Shown here: positions 61,435 to 64,000 of the stretch, one piece after another
How positions within the stretch are numbered: the first letter of the stretch is position 1
Layout of the letters: each line of letters opens with the position of its first letter
Source of the DNA: Bilabrum cf. latius
Lineage: Eukaryota
Reading direction: 5' to 3'
DNA length: 64,000 nucleotides
Assembly: GCA_965178125.1 (NCBI GenBank)
Contig: OZ237758.1
Coordinates: 372,001 to 436,000 of the forward strand
Made by a program: the position numbers and the translations under genes
The notes under the pieces: generated by a model
What the model saw: only the letters and a program-made list of their open reading frames with translations
What the model was told of the DNA's origin: nothing
Database searches by the model: none

Positions 61435-63108
61435 TCAAAAATCACCGTCCACTCTCCCCCCGTTTCGCACGTCTTCGATGTCCTCCCTCGAAAGCAAGTG
61501 CTTCTGCTCCAAATCGGCCGGATCCAGGCCAGACCCTTCCTCCGCCGGGACCTCCCCGTTCAGCTCCGCCAGCACCTGCGTGACCGACTTGTTCTTCGTC
61601 TCCGGTACGAATATGAGAATAAACACAAAGGTCAGCCCGAGGATCACGGCGAAGGGCAAGAAACTGTAGGCTCCCAGAGCGGACTGCATGGGAAGGAACC
61701 CCAGCCCGACCGCCAGGTTGGCCAACCAGTTGCACAGCGCGCCGAAAGACATGGCGGTAGCACGGGGCTTGCTGGGGAACAAGTCGCTCCCGATCATCCA
61801 CGGGATGGCCCCGAGCCCGATCTCAAATCCCGTGACAAAGACGAGCACCATGGCGATCGCGAGCCAGTTGAGCGACTCTACCGCGCTGCCCTTGGCGTCC
61901 TCTTTCGTGATGAGGAAGACGGTGAGAAGCACCTGGGAGACGAGCATGCTCCCCGCGCCGATGATCAGAAGGATCCTTCGTCCGCACGACTCGATCATCA
62001 CCACGGCCAGCACGGTCGCCAGCGCGTTCACCACCGAGGCCAACAGCGAACCTGACACTGCCGCCACGCCCGCCTTCTGGAACGTGTCCGAGGAGTAGTA
62101 GAAGACCACGTTGATGCCAGACAGCTGCTGCGCGATGGTCAGAACCAGCATGATGGTGAGACTCCGCCGCAGCCGCTGGTCTCCCAGGACCTGCCACAGG
62201 CTGGGTGCCTCCTCGTCCTGCCCCTGGGCGGCCTCCCGCTGCAGCTGCTCCAGCTCCCTGGAGATTTTGTTCCCTGCGCCCGGTGCTGTGGTGTCTCTGA
62301 GCTGCTGCAGGCTCTTCTGGGCCTCTTGCTGGCGGCCCTGGGCGAGGAGATACCTGGGGGACTCCGGCATCATGAGACATAGCGCCACCTGCACGCCGCC
62401 GAGCACCGCGCTGATGAGCAGCAGGATGGGCCAGTTGGTCGCGTAGGGCGAGGCGCCGCTCGGGAGGTTCTTCTGGAGCTGGGTGCCAGGGTCCACCGTG
62501 ACGGCGAGGTAAAGGAGCTGGCTCGCCACGATGCCGATAACCACGGCGAACTACGCAAGCGTGCCGAACGTTCCGCGCATATGCTGGGGGGCAATTTCGC
62601 CCAAATACAGGGGTCCGATCACGCTGGCTCCGCCGGAGCCGAAACCCGACAAGAATCGGCCCACAGCCAAAAGACCGTAACCGACGGGTCCCCGCAGTCC
62701 CTTCTATCCAGCCATAAACTAAAGCACGCCCTGCAAGACGAACACGACACCCGACCACACGAGCCAGCTTCGCCGGCCCAGCGCGTCGGCAATGTATCCA
62801 CCGGACTACGCTCCGACCATACCGCCTAGCGTAAACATCGACACAATCACGGACCAAAGCACTACGTGATCACCGTAATCGTCCATTTTAAGATCGCTTA
62901 TCACCGAGTTTTCGGGCAAGTTAAGCACTCCCGTGTGCCACCCGAACTGGAACCCGCCAAACAAGCTCAGGCCTGCGACCACGTACAACCACCCACTAGG
63001 CACCGGCTAGTTCGTGACATTAGAATTCTACTTGGATTCATCCTATCCATTGATAGTATCAAACCCTCTCTGATCTACCAATGGGGCTGTTGCACTTTCA
63101 CGCTCCAT
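61435..63108 (-). CDS. MFS sugar porter, GLUT/SLC2A-like (557 aa; 7 in-frame TAG)
   Basis: Motifs GGFQFGWHTGVLN, DALGRR, YLGEIAPQHMRGTFGTLA(TAG)F, PESPRYL, QQLSGINVVFYYS, GLGAIPW and VPETKNKS. TAG at 63043, 63028, 63007, 62806, 62719, 62704 and 62551; TGA stop. Confidence 0.92.
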
Positions 63109-63386
63109 TGGCTTTGTTCGAAGCTGCCTGGCGCGAATGATGACCTATGTACGCTCAAATAAGCAGTAGATGCAGCTACAAGCCCAATTTAAACCAGAAG
63201 TGCGTGAGACACTCCAGGACAAACGAAGAACTACTGCTATGGCCGCGTCGACTGGTCGCCGTGGATCCTTCGCAAAGTGTACGCTACATTAATAATAATA
63301 CCGTAGATGCATTGCACGGTCAAGCAGGCAGGTTGCCGAACACTTTAAATTGCTGCAGATCACTCTTCGGTAGAGTTTTTGGTTTG

Positions 63387-64000
63387 ATGTCGTCTGGTTA
63401 TTTGTTGAAAAATGCTCGTTTGTACGAGTTTTCTGCCGTAAATCTGTGTAAAGTGCCTCCATGGCTGATTTCACGATCACAGTAGGTCGCCAGGAGACAT
63501 GGTAGCTCTCTGCAGTCGCACAGGCGGACTAATTCGGCTGTCAGGCTCCAGTCTGTGCTTGATATGAGGCATGCGCACCATGAATGCGCTCGTCCTGTTT
63601 CGACTACCGCGACAGAGGCATCTCTCCGGCAGTCTACAAGACCCATGCAGACAACGACCCCATTGGACGATGGCAGCGAGAGCGAGTGGCCGTTGAGCGA
63701 TTCAGATTCAGTACCAGCTCTACAACATGGCGGCACGCACAGAGATGGTTCGAAATTTGAAAGTGCAGCTTCAGTGGAGCCATCGGATGATCTGTCGGAC
63801 ATGACGGACTGGATAGCTGCGGCGCAAGAGAATGCATCCCTCGATGAGTAGCACAGCTCTGCGGGAGATGTGCGCAGATCCGACACAGTCGATACAAGCT
63901 CCGGCTGGCTGCTCGCTCCCAGGGATGACGCCATTCGCATGCAGACAGGCAAGACCGCCGAGGAAGCCTATGGCAAGGCAGCCGTACGCTTCCGAAGGGC
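63387..64000 (+). CDS. Hypothetical protein, 5' part only (start uncertain)
   Basis: The frame is open from 63147 to the window end except for TAG at 63483 and 63849. Candidate ATGs at 63147, 63387 and 63564. Confidence 0.45.

Noticed and set aside
19540-63108. Interpreting TAG-interrupted genes as pseudogenes or as many small separate genes
   Set aside because: Interruptions are exclusively TAG, frames are preserved, domains continue across them, and the same two TAGs are conserved in all ten LRR copies.
1-64000. tRNA-Gln(CUA), other tRNA/rRNA genes, or an endogenous virophage/Polinton
   Set aside because: No tRNA- or rRNA-like sequence was recognised by eye, and there is no AT-rich viral island, capsid, packaging ATPase or terminal inverted repeats. 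tRNAscan-SE would be needed to be certain.

Overview
Eukaryotic, GC-rich, intron-poor nuclear DNA, probably from a protist; the lineage cannot be determined from this window. Key observation: TAG is a sense codon here, most likely Gln, while TAA and TGA remain stops. Reading TAG as sense fuses the fragmented ORF track into full-length genes: an ankyrin protein, a hypothetical protein, a STRA6-like receptor, DECR1, a MaoC-type dehydratase, an S1P-phosphatase-like PAP2 protein, an EF-hand protein and a GLUT-like sugar porter. 3817-19393 is a tandem dimer of a non-autonomous Ngaro-like tyrosine-recombinase element with split direct repeats (A-int-B-A-int-B-A-B). It carries a frameshifted recombinase and an internal 204-bp satellite, with no recognisable RT/RNase H. 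30555-61283 is a 10-copy tandem array of a ribonuclease-inhibitor-type LRR gene. The copies are near-identical except for shuffled, clustered amino-acid changes at the predicted exposed beta-strand positions of four repeats. The LRR genes are interleaved with an opposite-strand partner gene encoding a signal-peptide protein (3 full copies, 6 identically truncated mini-copies). This is a candidate diversifying recognition or immune-like locus. All homology calls are by motif recognition only; no database searches were run.
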